Positions 49,801 through 58,909 of a stretch of 64,000 bases of DNA are shown piece by piece. The translations under genes and the position numbers were made by a program. The stretch is taken from positions 32,001 to 96,000 of the forward strand of contig JBKAGE010000070.1 in assembly GCA_046290225.1 (NCBI GenBank). Reading direction: 5' to 3'. Below the pieces are notes generated by a model. It was given only the letters and a program-made list of their open reading frames with translations, was not told the DNA's origin and made no database searches. This DNA is from Bradymonadia bacterium (lineage in GTDB: Bacteria; Myxococcota_A; Bradymonadia; UBA7976; UBA1532). How positions within the stretch are numbered: the first letter of the stretch is position 1; each line of letters starts with the position of its first letter.

Positions 49801-52800
49801 CTCAAGCGCCTCGACGACGCCATCACTGATGGCGATCAGATCTACGCGGTCATCCGCGGCATCGGCGGCTCGAGTGACGGCAAGGGCAAGGGCATCACCG
49901 CGCCGAACCCTCGCGGCCAGGCCCTGGCGCTGCGCAACGCCTCGGAAGACGCCGGGGTGAGCCTCGGCACCCTACAGATGGTGGAAGCCCACGGGACCTC
50001 CACCCGGGTGGGGGATCGCACCGAGGTGGAGGTGCTCACGCAAGCGTTCACCGAGGCCAAAGACGCAGTGGCTCCCGGCTCGGTGGCTCTGGGCTCGGTG
50101 AAGTCGATGCTCGGCCACCTGAAGGGGGCCGCCGGCGCCGCAGGGGTGCTCAAGACCGCCCTGGCGCTGTATCACGAGACGATCCCCCCGTCGCTCAATT
50201 TCGAGCGCCCCAACGAAGCGCTGCTCACAGAAGGCAACCCCTTCTCCGTACCCACGTCGCCCAAGGCCTGGGCTGCCGCTGGCACGCCGCGCCGTGCCGG
50301 CGTGAGCGCCTTCGGCTTCGGCGGCACCAACTTCCACGTAATCCTGGAAGAAGCGCCGAGGGCGGGCGTCTACACCGATGGTGACGCAGTGCCCTCCACC
50401 CATGATTTCGCCACCCCTTCGGCACCGGCCTCCATGGCCGCCGCCGAAGCCTCAGCGCCAGCCGTCACGCACGCAGCCGCGCCTGCTCAGAAAGAATCGA
50501 TCTCCATGACCAGCGCTCAGACCCCCGCCGCCGATCACGAGGCCATCTACGCTCGCATCCTCGAGGTGCTGTGCACGCGGACGGGCTACGACGCCGACGA
50601 GATCGAGCCCGACTTCGAACTCGAGGCCGATCTGGGCATCGACACCGTCAAGCAGGCGGAGATCATGGCCGAGGTCCGCAAGGTCTACGGTCTGCCCCGT
50701 GACGAGACCTTCAAGCTCGCTGATTACCCCACGCTCCAAGCCATGACTCAGTACGTGGTCAAGATGACCGGCGGTGTTGCACCTGCTTCGGAGCTGGCTG
50801 CAGCGCCGACAGCACCCGCAACGCCTGCAGCGCCCGTCACAACGCCTGTGGTGGCCACGCCGGCCGCACCAGAGGCACCTGTGGCAGCGGACCCTGTTGC
50901 AGCAAACCCTGTTGCAGCGAACCCTGCTGCGGACAACGAGGCCATCTACGCTCGCATCCTCGAGGTGCTGTGCACGCGGACGGGCTACGACGCCGACGAG
51001 ATCGAGCCCGACTTCGAACTCGAGGCCGATCTGGGCATCGACACCGTCAAGCAGGCGGAGATCATGGCCGAGGTCCGCAAGGTCTACGGTCTGCCCCGTG
51101 ACGAGACCTTCAAGCTCGCTGACTACCCCACGCTCCAGGCCATGACTCAGTACGTGGTCAAGATGACCGGCGGTGCTGCACCTGCCGCGGAGGCTTCTTC
51201 TGCCCCCGCAGCAACAGCAGCGCCTGTGACGGAAGCGCCCTCAGCAGCTCCTGCTGCGCGTCCGGCGTGGTGGGGCTACCTGCCTGTCACCGTCACCGCT
51301 GATCGCCCCGAGGCCCTCGACCGGGCCATTGCTGATCTGCTCACCGCCCTTGGTGCCCGCGGCGAAGCCGCTCTGGAAGACGCCCGACGCCCTGCCCTGG
51401 ACGCCACGGCGCTCCGGGCCCAGTGCCGACTGACCTGCCCCGTGCCCCCCGGTGATGTCGCTGGTGCCACCAAGGCCCTCGACAGCGCCCTCAACACGCT
51501 GCGGACCGGCAAGGGCAAGCGCGTGCTCGAGGCTCGGGGCATCAGCCTGCGTCTCACCGCCCCCAGCGGAGCCAGGACCGCGTTCCTGTTCCCTGGGCAG
51601 GGCTCGCAATACACCGGCATGCTCTCCGATCTTCGGGGGGACTTCCCGGTCATCGACGAGGTCCTCGCCGAGGCCGACAAGATCATGGTCCCCCTGTTGG
51701 GCCACAAGCTGTCGACCTACTTCGATCCTCAGCAGCCCGAGCTGGTCATCGCCGGGGAACGCCGCAGCGCCGACGAGGCTCTGCGCCAGACCCAGATCAC
51801 CCAGCCCGCCATGCTCACCGCCGACATCGCCATGTTGCGCGTGATCGAAGGCTTCGGCCTCGCCCCCGACGTGGTGGCCGGGCACTCCCTGGGCGAGTAT
51901 GCCGCCTGCGTCGCCGCGGGCATGCTCGCCCTCGCCGACGGCCTGCAGACCGTGTCCACCCGGGGCACCGCCATGGCCCAGGCCACCCCCATGGGCGGCG
52001 ACTGTGGCCTCATGGCTGCCATCCCCGCCGGGGTGACCCAGATCCAGGGCATCCTGGACGCGTGCAGCGGCTATGTCATCGCCGCCAACAAGAACAGCCC
52101 CGCCCAGACGGTCATCGCCGGCAGCACCGAGGGCGTGCAGGAGGCCCTGGCAAAGCTCGCCGAGGCGGGCTTCGACGGCATGCTCATCCCCGTGAGCCAT
52201 GCCTTCCACTCCGAGGTGGTGGCCAGCGCCTCGGTGCCCCTCACCGCCCACCTGAAGTCCATCGACGTGAAGGCTCCGGCGATCCCCGTGCTGAGCAACG
52301 TCACCGCAGAGTACTTCCCGAGCAACCGAGCGCAGATCATCGATCTGCTCGGGGTGCAGGTGGCCCGCCCGGTGGAGTTCATCGGCATGGTGGAGCGCAT
52401 GTACGCCGACGGCGTGCGCACCTTCGTGGAGATCGGCCCCAAGCGGGCTCAGACGGGCTTCGTGAACAGCATCCTCGGTGATCGCCCCCACCGGGCCCTG
52501 TGCACCAACCACCCCAAGTTCGGCGGCCCCACCACGCTGCGGACCGCCCTCGCCGGCGCCGTGGCCGAGGGCATCGCCCTGCAGCCCTGGTCTGCAGATC
52601 GCCGCGCCATCAAGCTCAACGCAACCGCGGCAGCCTCTGTGGCCCCTGCGCCCATGGCGGCAGCGCCTGCGCCGAGCGCACCCGCAGTGACCGCCTCGCA
52701 GCCCACCGTCGGTGAGCCCGTGGTGGTGAGCGGCCTCACCGCTGCCCTCCCAGGCCGCGAGCGGCTCTTCACCGACGAAGACCCCTTCGAGCGGATCCTC

Positions 52801-55800
52801 AACGGCGAGAACCTCATCTCGGAGATCCCCGAGGCCGCCCGCCGCAACATGGCCAACAAGGCCATCACCCGCCTGGTGAAGAACAAGGACGGCGGCGGCG
52901 AGCTCGTGCCCGTGGACAACCCCGACGAGATGATCCACCTCGCCGGCCAGCTCGGCGATTACGATCTCATCGAGGACTTCGGGGTGCCCGCCGATCTGGT
53001 GAAGGCCCTCGACCGCGCCACGGGCGCCGCTTTGGGTTGCGGCCTCGACGTGCTCCGCGACGCCGGCCTGCCCATGATCCCCCACGAGCGGGTGACCCGG
53101 AGTGGCCGCAAGCTCAAGGTGGGCTGGCGACTGCCGGAGGTCATCGGTGATCGCACCGGCGTGATCTTCGCCTCGGCCTTCGCCGGTGAAGATGTGATGA
53201 TGGACGAGCTGAGCCGCCACATGGAGGCCCAGTTCGCCACCCGCACCGAGGCCGCCCGGGCCACCCTCGCCGAGCGCATGCTGCAGGCCCTGCCCGACGC
53301 TGAGAGCCGCGCCCGCATGCAGGCCCTCATCGACGAGGCCATCCCTGCTCAGGATCCGGCGGAGCTGTTCCAGTTCAACCGCCAGTACCTCGTGCAGATC
53401 CTCGGCCTCGGGGCCAGCCGCTTCGCGGAGTTCGTCGGCGCCCGCGGGCCCAACCTGCACATGAACATCGCCTGCGCCTCCACCACCGGGGCCGTGGCCA
53501 TCGCCAACGACTGGATCGCCCAGGGCCGCGCCGATCGCGTGGTGATCCTCGGCGCCGACGACGTCACCCGCGGGCACCTGCTCGAGTGGGTGGGCTCCGG
53601 CTTCCTCGCCGTGGGCGCCGCCACCAACGTCAAGGATGTCGCCGAGGGTGCCCTGCCCTTCGATGCCCGTCGCAACGGCATGATCGTCGGCGGCGGCGCA
53701 GTGGCTCTGCTGGTGGAGAAGGAGTCCGAGGTCCGAGCCCGAGGCATGTGCCCCGTGGCCGAGGTGGTGGCGACGCATCTGGTGAACAGCGCCATGCACC
53801 CCACCCGCCTCGACGTGGATCACGTGGCCCGGGAGGTGGGCGCCCTGATGACCGCCGCTGAGGCCAGGAAGCCCGGCCTCGATCGCCACGAGATCGCCTC
53901 GAAGACGGTCTTCATGAGCCACGAGACCTACACCCCCGCCCGAGGGGGCAGCGCCGCAGCGGAGATCGAGGCCCTGCGCCGCACCTTCGGCGACGCAGCC
54001 AACAGCGTGGTCATCGCCAACACCAAGGGCTTCTCGGGCCACCCCATGGGGGCGGGCATCGAAGACGCCGTGGTGCTCAAGGGCATGCAGCGCCAGAAGC
54101 TGCCCCCCATCGCCAACTTCAAGGTGCCTGATCCCACTCTGGGCGATCTCCGGCTCAGCCAGGGCGGCCCCCACGAGCTGCAGTACGCCCTGCGCCTCGC
54201 CGCGGGCTTCGGTTCTCAGCTCGCGCTGGTGCTCTACCGGGCCATGAGCACGATCCACACGCACCCCAACGAGGACCGCGTGGACGATCGGGCCCTGTAC
54301 CGCCGCTGGGTGGGCAGCCTCATCGGCGCCGACCAGGCTGAGGTCGAGGTGGTGAAGCGCGTGCTCCGGGTGCTGCCGATGAAGGCCGCCCAGCCCGAGG
54401 CCCCGGCCCCCACCACGGTGACGCCCGGAGTCCCTGCGCCTCAGCAGGTGATCCAGCCTGTAGCGGCGGCCCCTGCGGCCACCGCTCAGGGTGAGGCGGC
54501 GATCTACGGCACGCTGCTCGAGGTGCTCTGTGAGCGCACCGGCTACGACGCTGACGAGGTGGAGCCGGAGTTCGAGCTCGAGGCCGACTTGGGCATCGAC
54601 ACCGTCAAGCAGGCGGAGATCATGGCCGAGGTCCGCAAGGTCTACGGCCTGCCCCGCGACGAGTCCTTCAAGCTCGCCGACTACCCCACGCTCAAGGCCA
54701 TGACCGCTTACGTCATCAAGATGACTGGCGGTGCAAAGGCTGCAGCGCCAGCCGTCGAGGCGGCCCCGGCAGCACCTGCGCCCAAGGCCCCTGTGGCCAG
54801 GGTGCAGCTGGCTCAGGCCCCCGCTCCTGCCCCCGTCAAGGCTCAGCCTCCCATCGTCGAGGTGAACCCCGTAGCCGATCCCCGCGTGGTGGAGGCCCCT
54901 ACGGTCGAGACGCCTGCAGTGCTGGAGCCCAAGGGCATCGAGCGCCGTCTGGTCACCGTGAACGAGGGCCCGGGCATCGCCCCTGATCCTCAGCGGCTGC
55001 GCCAGCAGGTCGCTGGCCGCACCGTGGCCCTCGTCGGCGGCCCCGAAGGTCTCACCGAGACCCTCGCCAAAGCCCTCGCCGAGGCCGGCGCCCGCACGGT
55101 GACTCTCCCCCTCCCCACGGGGGGCGACATCGACGCCTGGACCGCCCACTTCGAGGGCGTGCTCTCCGGCGTCACCGGCGTCATCCAGATGCTGGGCTAC
55201 AGCCCTGTGGATGGCCCCGAGGGCGTCTACCGCCAGGGCGCCCTCACCTTCGCTCTGGCCAAGGCCCTGCGTCGGCAGCAGCCTGCAGGGGGCTTCTTCA
55301 TCACCCTCACCAGCATGGGCGGCCGCTTGGGCTTCGGTCAGGGGAACGGCACCCTGCCCCTCGGCGGCGCCGTGGCCGGTGTCACCAAGAGCCTGAGCCG
55401 CGAGTGGGCCGAGGCCCGCGTTCGCGTCATCGACCTCGAGCCTGGAGTGGTGTTCCACGGCCTGGGTGAGCTGGTGCTCGCCGAGGCGTTCTCCGACCGC
55501 CACGAGGTAGAGGTGGGCATCCGCGGCGGCCAGCGCTTCACCGTGCGGGAGACCGCGCTCTCGGTGAGCGGGCCCTCCCCCATGGGCGTGCGCCTCAACC
55601 CCACCTCGGTGATCCTCATCACTGGGGGCGCCGGGGGCATCACCGCCCGCATCGCCGGCGACATCGCCCGGCGCACTGGGGCCCGGCTGGCCCTCGTGGG
55701 CCGCACCGCCCTCACCCACGCCGATCCGCGTAGCATCGACCTCGAGCAGGAGAAGGCCCGTATCAAGGCTGATCTCAAGGCCCGCGGCGAGCGCGCCACG

Positions 55801-58392
55801 CCCATGGCGGTGCAGAAGGCCATCCGCCCTCTGGCTCGCCAGCAGGAGATCGCCGGGATCATCGACGCCCTCAAGGCCGAAGGGGCCGCCGACGTGGCCT
55901 ACTTCAGCGCCGACACCTCCGATGGGGCCGCCCTCGAGACCGTGGTCCGAGAGGTGCGTCAGCGCTTCGGCCGCATCGACGGGGTCATCCACGGCGCCGG
56001 TGTGGAGATCAGTCGCCGCATCGAGGAGAAGCCCGGGGCGGAGTTCGACCGCGTGTTCCGGGGCAAGGCCCTCGGCGGGCTGCACCTGTGGCGCCTCACT
56101 GGTGAGCAGCGGATCGCAGGCGAGGGCCCATTGTCGTTCTTCGTCACCTTCAGCTCCGTCGCTGGCCGCTACGGCAACGCCGGCCAGGCGGACTACAGCG
56201 CCGCCAACGAGGTGCTCAACAAGCTCGTGGCCCAGGTGAACGCCGGGGGCAAGGCCCAGATCGCCTTGTCGCTGGACTGGACCGCCTGGGACGAGGTAGG
56301 CATGGCGGTGCACGGCTCGATGAAGCAGATCCTCACCGCCGCAGGGGTGGAGCTGCTGCCCCCTGAGGTGGGCGCCCCCATGGTGGGTGACCTGCTCGAG
56401 TCGGGCATCTGGGGTGAGGTGGTCATCGCCGGCCGCCTCGGCCAGCTCGGGGGCAAGACCCCCGTGGCCCCGCCGGTGGCCTTGCCCGATCTCAGCCGCA
56501 GCCCCTTCCTCGATGCCATCGTCCGGTACACCCCGGGCCAGAGCCTCGAGGCGAGCCGCACCCTCGACCTGACCCGCGATCACTGCCTGCGGGGCCACAT
56601 CTACGACGGCGTGGCCCTGGTGCCCGGGGTCATCGGCATGGAGATGATGGCCGAGGCCGCTCGGGCGCTGTTCCCGCGCCTGGCCTTCATCGGGGTGGAC
56701 GATCTCGACTTCGCCGCCGCCCTCAAGCTGCACCGGGGCGAGCCTGTGGAGGTCCGCGTCGACGTCGAGGCTCTGCCCGCCGTCGAGGGTGAGGCCGCTC
56801 AGCTCGTGAAGGCCTCGGTCCGTTCGGTGCGCACCAACCGCGCCGGTCGCACCCTCGAGGCAGAGCACTTCCGCTCCATCGTGCGCCTCGGCGGTCTCGC
56901 CGACCCCGCGCCGGAGCCGTTGCCTTTCGACACCGAGGATGCCTTCCGGGTGGGCCCTGATCAGCACGTGCTCTACCAGCGCATGTTCCACAGCGGGGTC
57001 TTCGAGGTCATCACCGACATCCCCTTCGTGGGCGACAAGGCGGTCATCTGCCGCGGCCGGCTCCCCGGCGCAGCCCTCACCGAGGGTGGCCTCGATGACG
57101 ACGCCATCACTGATCCGCTGGTCCGGGAGATGGCCTTCCAGACTGCTGGCCTGTGGGGGATCATCTGGCACAAGCGCCAGTACCTGCCCCTCAAGGCACG
57201 CCAGATCCGGCAGTACCAGCGCCACCTGCCCGAGGGCGGGGAGCTGGTCATCCGGGCCCGTCTCATCGAGGGCGGCCCGGAGAAGGCCGTGCTCGACGTG
57301 GAGGTGGTCACCCTCGACGGCCGGCTGATCCAACGCCTGCACGGCCTGGAGATGATCGGCCACCGTCCCCTGGCGGAGCACGAGATCCTCAACGTGGGCC
57401 CTCAGCGCCCGGTCATCGGCCGCACCCTCGAGGTCGAAGACATCCGCGTGTGGATGGGTGGCCTGGGCAAGATCATCGACGACACCCTCACCCCCGAGGA
57501 GCGCGCCGAGTGGGCCCGTCTGCGGCACCCTGATCGTCGTATGGACTGGCTCGCAGGCCGGATGGCGGCCAAGTCCCTCGTCTGTGACTACGTACGGGAC
57601 TTCATGGGCCAGGGCATCGACCCCGAGCGGGTGCAGATCACTCGGACCGAGGCGGGGCAACCCGTGGTGCGGTTCCACCCGCCGGAGAAGGCCCCCGGCC
57701 GACCCCCGGCCCTCACCATCAGCCACTCCAGCGGCACCGCCCTCGCCGTGCTCGCCCTGTCGCCCAACCTACGACCTGGGGTGGACATCGAGCGGGTGCA
57801 GCCCCGGAGCGAGGCCTTCATCGCCGACTACTTCACCGAGGCCGAGGCCGCTCTCGAGATCCCCGGGGCCATCAGCCGCGACGAGCGCATCACCGCGCTC
57901 TGGGCCCTCAAAGAGGCAGTGACCAAGGCCCTGGGCACCGGTCTCGCGGTGAGCACCTCGGACATCACCATCGAGTCCATCACCCCCACCCGAGAGGGCA
58001 ACACCCTCGAGGGTCAGGCTCAGATCAGCCTGAAGGGCGACGCGCTGAGGGCATACGACGCGCTGGAAGGCCAGGCCCTCACCGCCACGGTCACCCTCGT
58101 GGGGGCCTTTGCCCGGGCGCTGGTCTGCCTCACCAGCGAGCTGCCCCTCGACCCGCCGGCGGCGCAGGTTGCCCCTGTGGAGCCTGTCGCCGATGTACCC
58201 GTCGGTGAGCCCACCGCCGAGCCCGCCCCGGCCCCCATCGCTGATCGCCACGTGGAGCGCGCCACCCACGCCGAGGGGCAGACCCTCGCCGTGCGGCCTG
58301 CGCTCGACGACAACCTCAAGGCGGCCATCGCCGCCCTCTTGTTCGACCGCGGCCTGTTGAGCCACGGCCTGCGCCCCGGGAGCAAACGATGA
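46822..58392 (+). CDS. Iterative type I PKS/FAS-like megasynthase: ER(FabK/PfaD-like x2)-KS-ACP-ACP-AT-KS-ACP-KR-DH-PPTase
   Basis: ER: LPIHQGPM, EGSEAGGHVG, AGGIGD, VQMGTAYL; KS1: DAACASS, EAHGTST, GHLKGAAG; ACP x3: EADLGIDTVKQAEI; AT: FPGQGSQY, GHSLGEY, HAFHS; KS2: NIACAST, SHETYT, GHPMGAG; KR: TGGAGGI, FSSVAGRYGNAGQADYSAAN; DH: HIYDGVALVPG; PPTase: ISHS, GVDIE, WALKEAVTKA. Confidence 0.93.
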   Translation: MIPPAASTSQNTLFTVLPTLGAWQDRAVSTLATGAAVVLDLGDRPVDVAAAPTHASLWWRVGSHRSADLAALLDRGGRAEGLWIAAGHRFEDVQVAVAQLKRRAPSRPIAVEVLSRQEAEAAMAAGATMVVCKGLEAGGFIGEESISVLTRACAEVAPMVVAWGGAGPDSVAALKALGACGAVLADALMLASDAPTGEALRKILHRFDPRDTRTLGRQFNRRLGVFAQLGTRPVRALEAEAASLFKGHEAQGAEQFWGQVRDTLADDVSTWNPKTHVLALGQEAALARHLMAAVGAEGTTADLVSHVQRVTAEIEAGVAADFPLQAGAGICRTNGTVLPIHQGPMAQTSDVPAFAEAVARAGAMPWLALANMPTHVAEKLMVETAARLGDLPWGAGIIGLEANPYRDAHIELIKKYRPQSALVAAGTTEQAQQIENFGVPSWLHTPTPNLVQGALAAGATRLILEGSEAGGHVGTLGGLLLWQLGALEMMAAIDEGVAQADALAVTPAGGIGDARSAAAAATVMWRLHRRGVAVGVQMGTAYLMTEEIVSTGALTAYYQTAAMQVGQTVLMGESVRTPTRVLDTPQATRVLAREVAREVARAPLGERKSAYEHDNLGGLRAAAKGQKIDKIIPGQGALFCPIPIDEQQDTGLFHIGQGVALVKGTTTMAALHHDVTEGARAVMAGEAPRQQRSVPTEHAAPSALAASAPEGAIAIVGVGCCLPDALTVEQFWRNLIEGHSAIGEVPESRWSTDLFYNADPKAEDRTYSRIGGFVRDFKFDRKAFRLPPKVVSRIDVGQQWALEATRQALTDAGLYGDDAKAFDRSRCAVILGNAMGGDTRDLTNFRLNMPRFLQALDGVLTEVDPELGRRLQAMKSDLEARLKVGQLVVDEDAMPGELSNIVAGRVAQVFDLHGPNFTTDAACASSMAALQGAIEGLRSKRFDIAVSGGVDSSMGMPAYVKFSKIGALSATGSRPFDAGADGFVMGEGAAVLVLKRLDDAITDGDQIYAVIRGIGGSSDGKGKGITAPNPRGQALALRNASEDAGVSLGTLQMVEAHGTSTRVGDRTEVEVLTQAFTEAKDAVAPGSVALGSVKSMLGHLKGAAGAAGVLKTALALYHETIPPSLNFERPNEALLTEGNPFSVPTSPKAWAAAGTPRRAGVSAFGFGGTNFHVILEEAPRAGVYTDGDAVPSTHDFATPSAPASMAAAEASAPAVTHAAAPAQKESISMTSAQTPAADHEAIYARILEVLCTRTGYDADEIEPDFELEADLGIDTVKQAEIMAEVRKVYGLPRDETFKLADYPTLQAMTQYVVKMTGGVAPASELAAAPTAPATPAAPVTTPVVATPAAPEAPVAADPVAANPVAANPAADNEAIYARILEVLCTRTGYDADEIEPDFELEADLGIDTVKQAEIMAEVRKVYGLPRDETFKLADYPTLQAMTQYVVKMTGGAAPAAEASSAPAATAAPVTEAPSAAPAARPAWWGYLPVTVTADRPEALDRAIADLLTALGARGEAALEDARRPALDATALRAQCRLTCPVPPGDVAGATKALDSALNTLRTGKGKRVLEARGISLRLTAPSGARTAFLFPGQGSQYTGMLSDLRGDFPVIDEVLAEADKIMVPLLGHKLSTYFDPQQPELVIAGERRSADEALRQTQITQPAMLTADIAMLRVIEGFGLAPDVVAGHSLGEYAACVAAGMLALADGLQTVSTRGTAMAQATPMGGDCGLMAAIPAGVTQIQGILDACSGYVIAANKNSPAQTVIAGSTEGVQEALAKLAEAGFDGMLIPVSHAFHSEVVASASVPLTAHLKSIDVKAPAIPVLSNVTAEYFPSNRAQIIDLLGVQVARPVEFIGMVERMYADGVRTFVEIGPKRAQTGFVNSILGDRPHRALCTNHPKFGGPTTLRTALAGAVAEGIALQPWSADRRAIKLNATAAASVAPAPMAAAPAPSAPAVTASQPTVGEPVVVSGLTAALPGRERLFTDEDPFERILNGENLISEIPEAARRNMANKAITRLVKNKDGGGELVPVDNPDEMIHLAGQLGDYDLIEDFGVPADLVKALDRATGAALGCGLDVLRDAGLPMIPHERVTRSGRKLKVGWRLPEVIGDRTGVIFASAFAGEDVMMDELSRHMEAQFATRTEAARATLAERMLQALPDAESRARMQALIDEAIPAQDPAELFQFNRQYLVQILGLGASRFAEFVGARGPNLHMNIACASTTGAVAIANDWIAQGRADRVVILGADDVTRGHLLEWVGSGFLAVGAATNVKDVAEGALPFDARRNGMIVGGGAVALLVEKESEVRARGMCPVAEVVATHLVNSAMHPTRLDVDHVAREVGALMTAAEARKPGLDRHEIASKTVFMSHETYTPARGGSAAAEIEALRRTFGDAANSVVIANTKGFSGHPMGAGIEDAVVLKGMQRQKLPPIANFKVPDPTLGDLRLSQGGPHELQYALRLAAGFGSQLALVLYRAMSTIHTHPNEDRVDDRALYRRWVGSLIGADQAEVEVVKRVLRVLPMKAAQPEAPAPTTVTPGVPAPQQVIQPVAAAPAATAQGEAAIYGTLLEVLCERTGYDADEVEPEFELEADLGIDTVKQAEIMAEVRKVYGLPRDESFKLADYPTLKAMTAYVIKMTGGAKAAAPAVEAAPAAPAPKAPVARVQLAQAPAPAPVKAQPPIVEVNPVADPRVVEAPTVETPAVLEPKGIERRLVTVNEGPGIAPDPQRLRQQVAGRTVALVGGPEGLTETLAKALAEAGARTVTLPLPTGGDIDAWTAHFEGVLSGVTGVIQMLGYSPVDGPEGVYRQGALTFALAKALRRQQPAGGFFITLTSMGGRLGFGQGNGTLPLGGAVAGVTKSLSREWAEARVRVIDLEPGVVFHGLGELVLAEAFSDRHEVEVGIRGGQRFTVRETALSVSGPSPMGVRLNPTSVILITGGAGGITARIAGDIARRTGARLALVGRTALTHADPRSIDLEQEKARIKADLKARGERATPMAVQKAIRPLARQQEIAGIIDALKAEGAADVAYFSADTSDGAALETVVREVRQRFGRIDGVIHGAGVEISRRIEEKPGAEFDRVFRGKALGGLHLWRLTGEQRIAGEGPLSFFVTFSSVAGRYGNAGQADYSAANEVLNKLVAQVNAGGKAQIALSLDWTAWDEVGMAVHGSMKQILTAAGVELLPPEVGAPMVGDLLESGIWGEVVIAGRLGQLGGKTPVAPPVALPDLSRSPFLDAIVRYTPGQSLEASRTLDLTRDHCLRGHIYDGVALVPGVIGMEMMAEAARALFPRLAFIGVDDLDFAAALKLHRGEPVEVRVDVEALPAVEGEAAQLVKASVRSVRTNRAGRTLEAEHFRSIVRLGGLADPAPEPLPFDTEDAFRVGPDQHVLYQRMFHSGVFEVITDIPFVGDKAVICRGRLPGAALTEGGLDDDAITDPLVREMAFQTAGLWGIIWHKRQYLPLKARQIRQYQRHLPEGGELVIRARLIEGGPEKAVLDVEVVTLDGRLIQRLHGLEMIGHRPLAEHEILNVGPQRPVIGRTLEVEDIRVWMGGLGKIIDDTLTPEERAEWARLRHPDRRMDWLAGRMAAKSLVCDYVRDFMGQGIDPERVQITRTEAGQPVVRFHPPEKAPGRPPALTISHSSGTALAVLALSPNLRPGVDIERVQPRSEAFIADYFTEAEAALEIPGAISRDERITALWALKEAVTKALGTGLAVSTSDITIESITPTREGNTLEGQAQISLKGDALRAYDALEGQALTATVTLVGAFARALVCLTSELPLDPPAAQVAPVEPVADVPVGEPTAEPAPAPIADRHVERATHAEGQTLAVRPALDDNLKAAIAALLFDRGLLSHGLRPGSKR
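50537..51185 (+). repeat. Near-identical ~250-bp internal duplication (ACP1/ACP2) plus 15-bp linker microrepeat
   Basis: 50537-50786 versus 50936-51185 (offset 399 bp), three mismatches seen; GCAGCxxACCCTGxT x3 at about 50884-50928. Confidence 0.9.
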
Positions 58393-58895
58393 GTCGTTAT
58401 GTGGTCAAGATGCCCGGGGGTCAGCCGATCCCCGTCCGTCTCACTGCGGGGCCCCGGGGCTGGTCTGCAGAGGTGGAAGACGGCGCCCACTGGCTGAAGC
58501 TGGTGCACTTCGACGGACAGGACGCGGTGTGTGTGGAGATCGACGGCGATCGATACGAGCTGTCGCTGAGCCGCGACTTCGGCGATGTGGAGATCGCCCC
58601 GGCGACGCTGCCCCCCACCACCCACAAGCCCCGGCCCAAGGCCATCGCGGCCCCTGGGGACTTCACCAGCACCATCACCGGCGCGGTGCTGGAGATCTGC
58701 GTGGGCCCCGGCGATCACGTGCAGCCCGGTGATCCCCTGGTGGTCATCGAGGCCATGAAGATGGAGAACACGCTGTGCGCCCCCCGAGCGGGCACCATCG
58801 TGGCGATCTCTGCCCGTCAGGGCGACACTGTCCGCAAGGGCGAAACCCTGCTGGTCCTGGGGCCCCCGCCCCTCGACCCCCCCACCATGCACTGA
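58389..58895 (+). CDS. Biotin carboxyl carrier protein
   Basis: IEAMKMEN biotinylation motif; VGPGDHVQPGDPLVV; ATGA overlap with the megasynthase stop. Confidence 0.92.
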   Translation: MSRYVVKMPGGQPIPVRLTAGPRGWSAEVEDGAHWLKLVHFDGQDAVCVEIDGDRYELSLSRDFGDVEIAPATLPPTTHKPRPKAIAAPGDFTSTITGAVLEICVGPGDHVQPGDPLVVIEAMKMENTLCAPRAGTIVAISARQGDTVRKGETLLVLGPPPLDPPTMH

Positions 58896-58909
58896 GCCGA
58901 GGAGCGACC

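Noticed and set aside
51241..57726. 2161-aa antisense ORF inside the megasynthase
   Set aside because: Shadow frame expected from high-GC codon bias; no recognisable motifs, while the plus strand has complete catalytic domains
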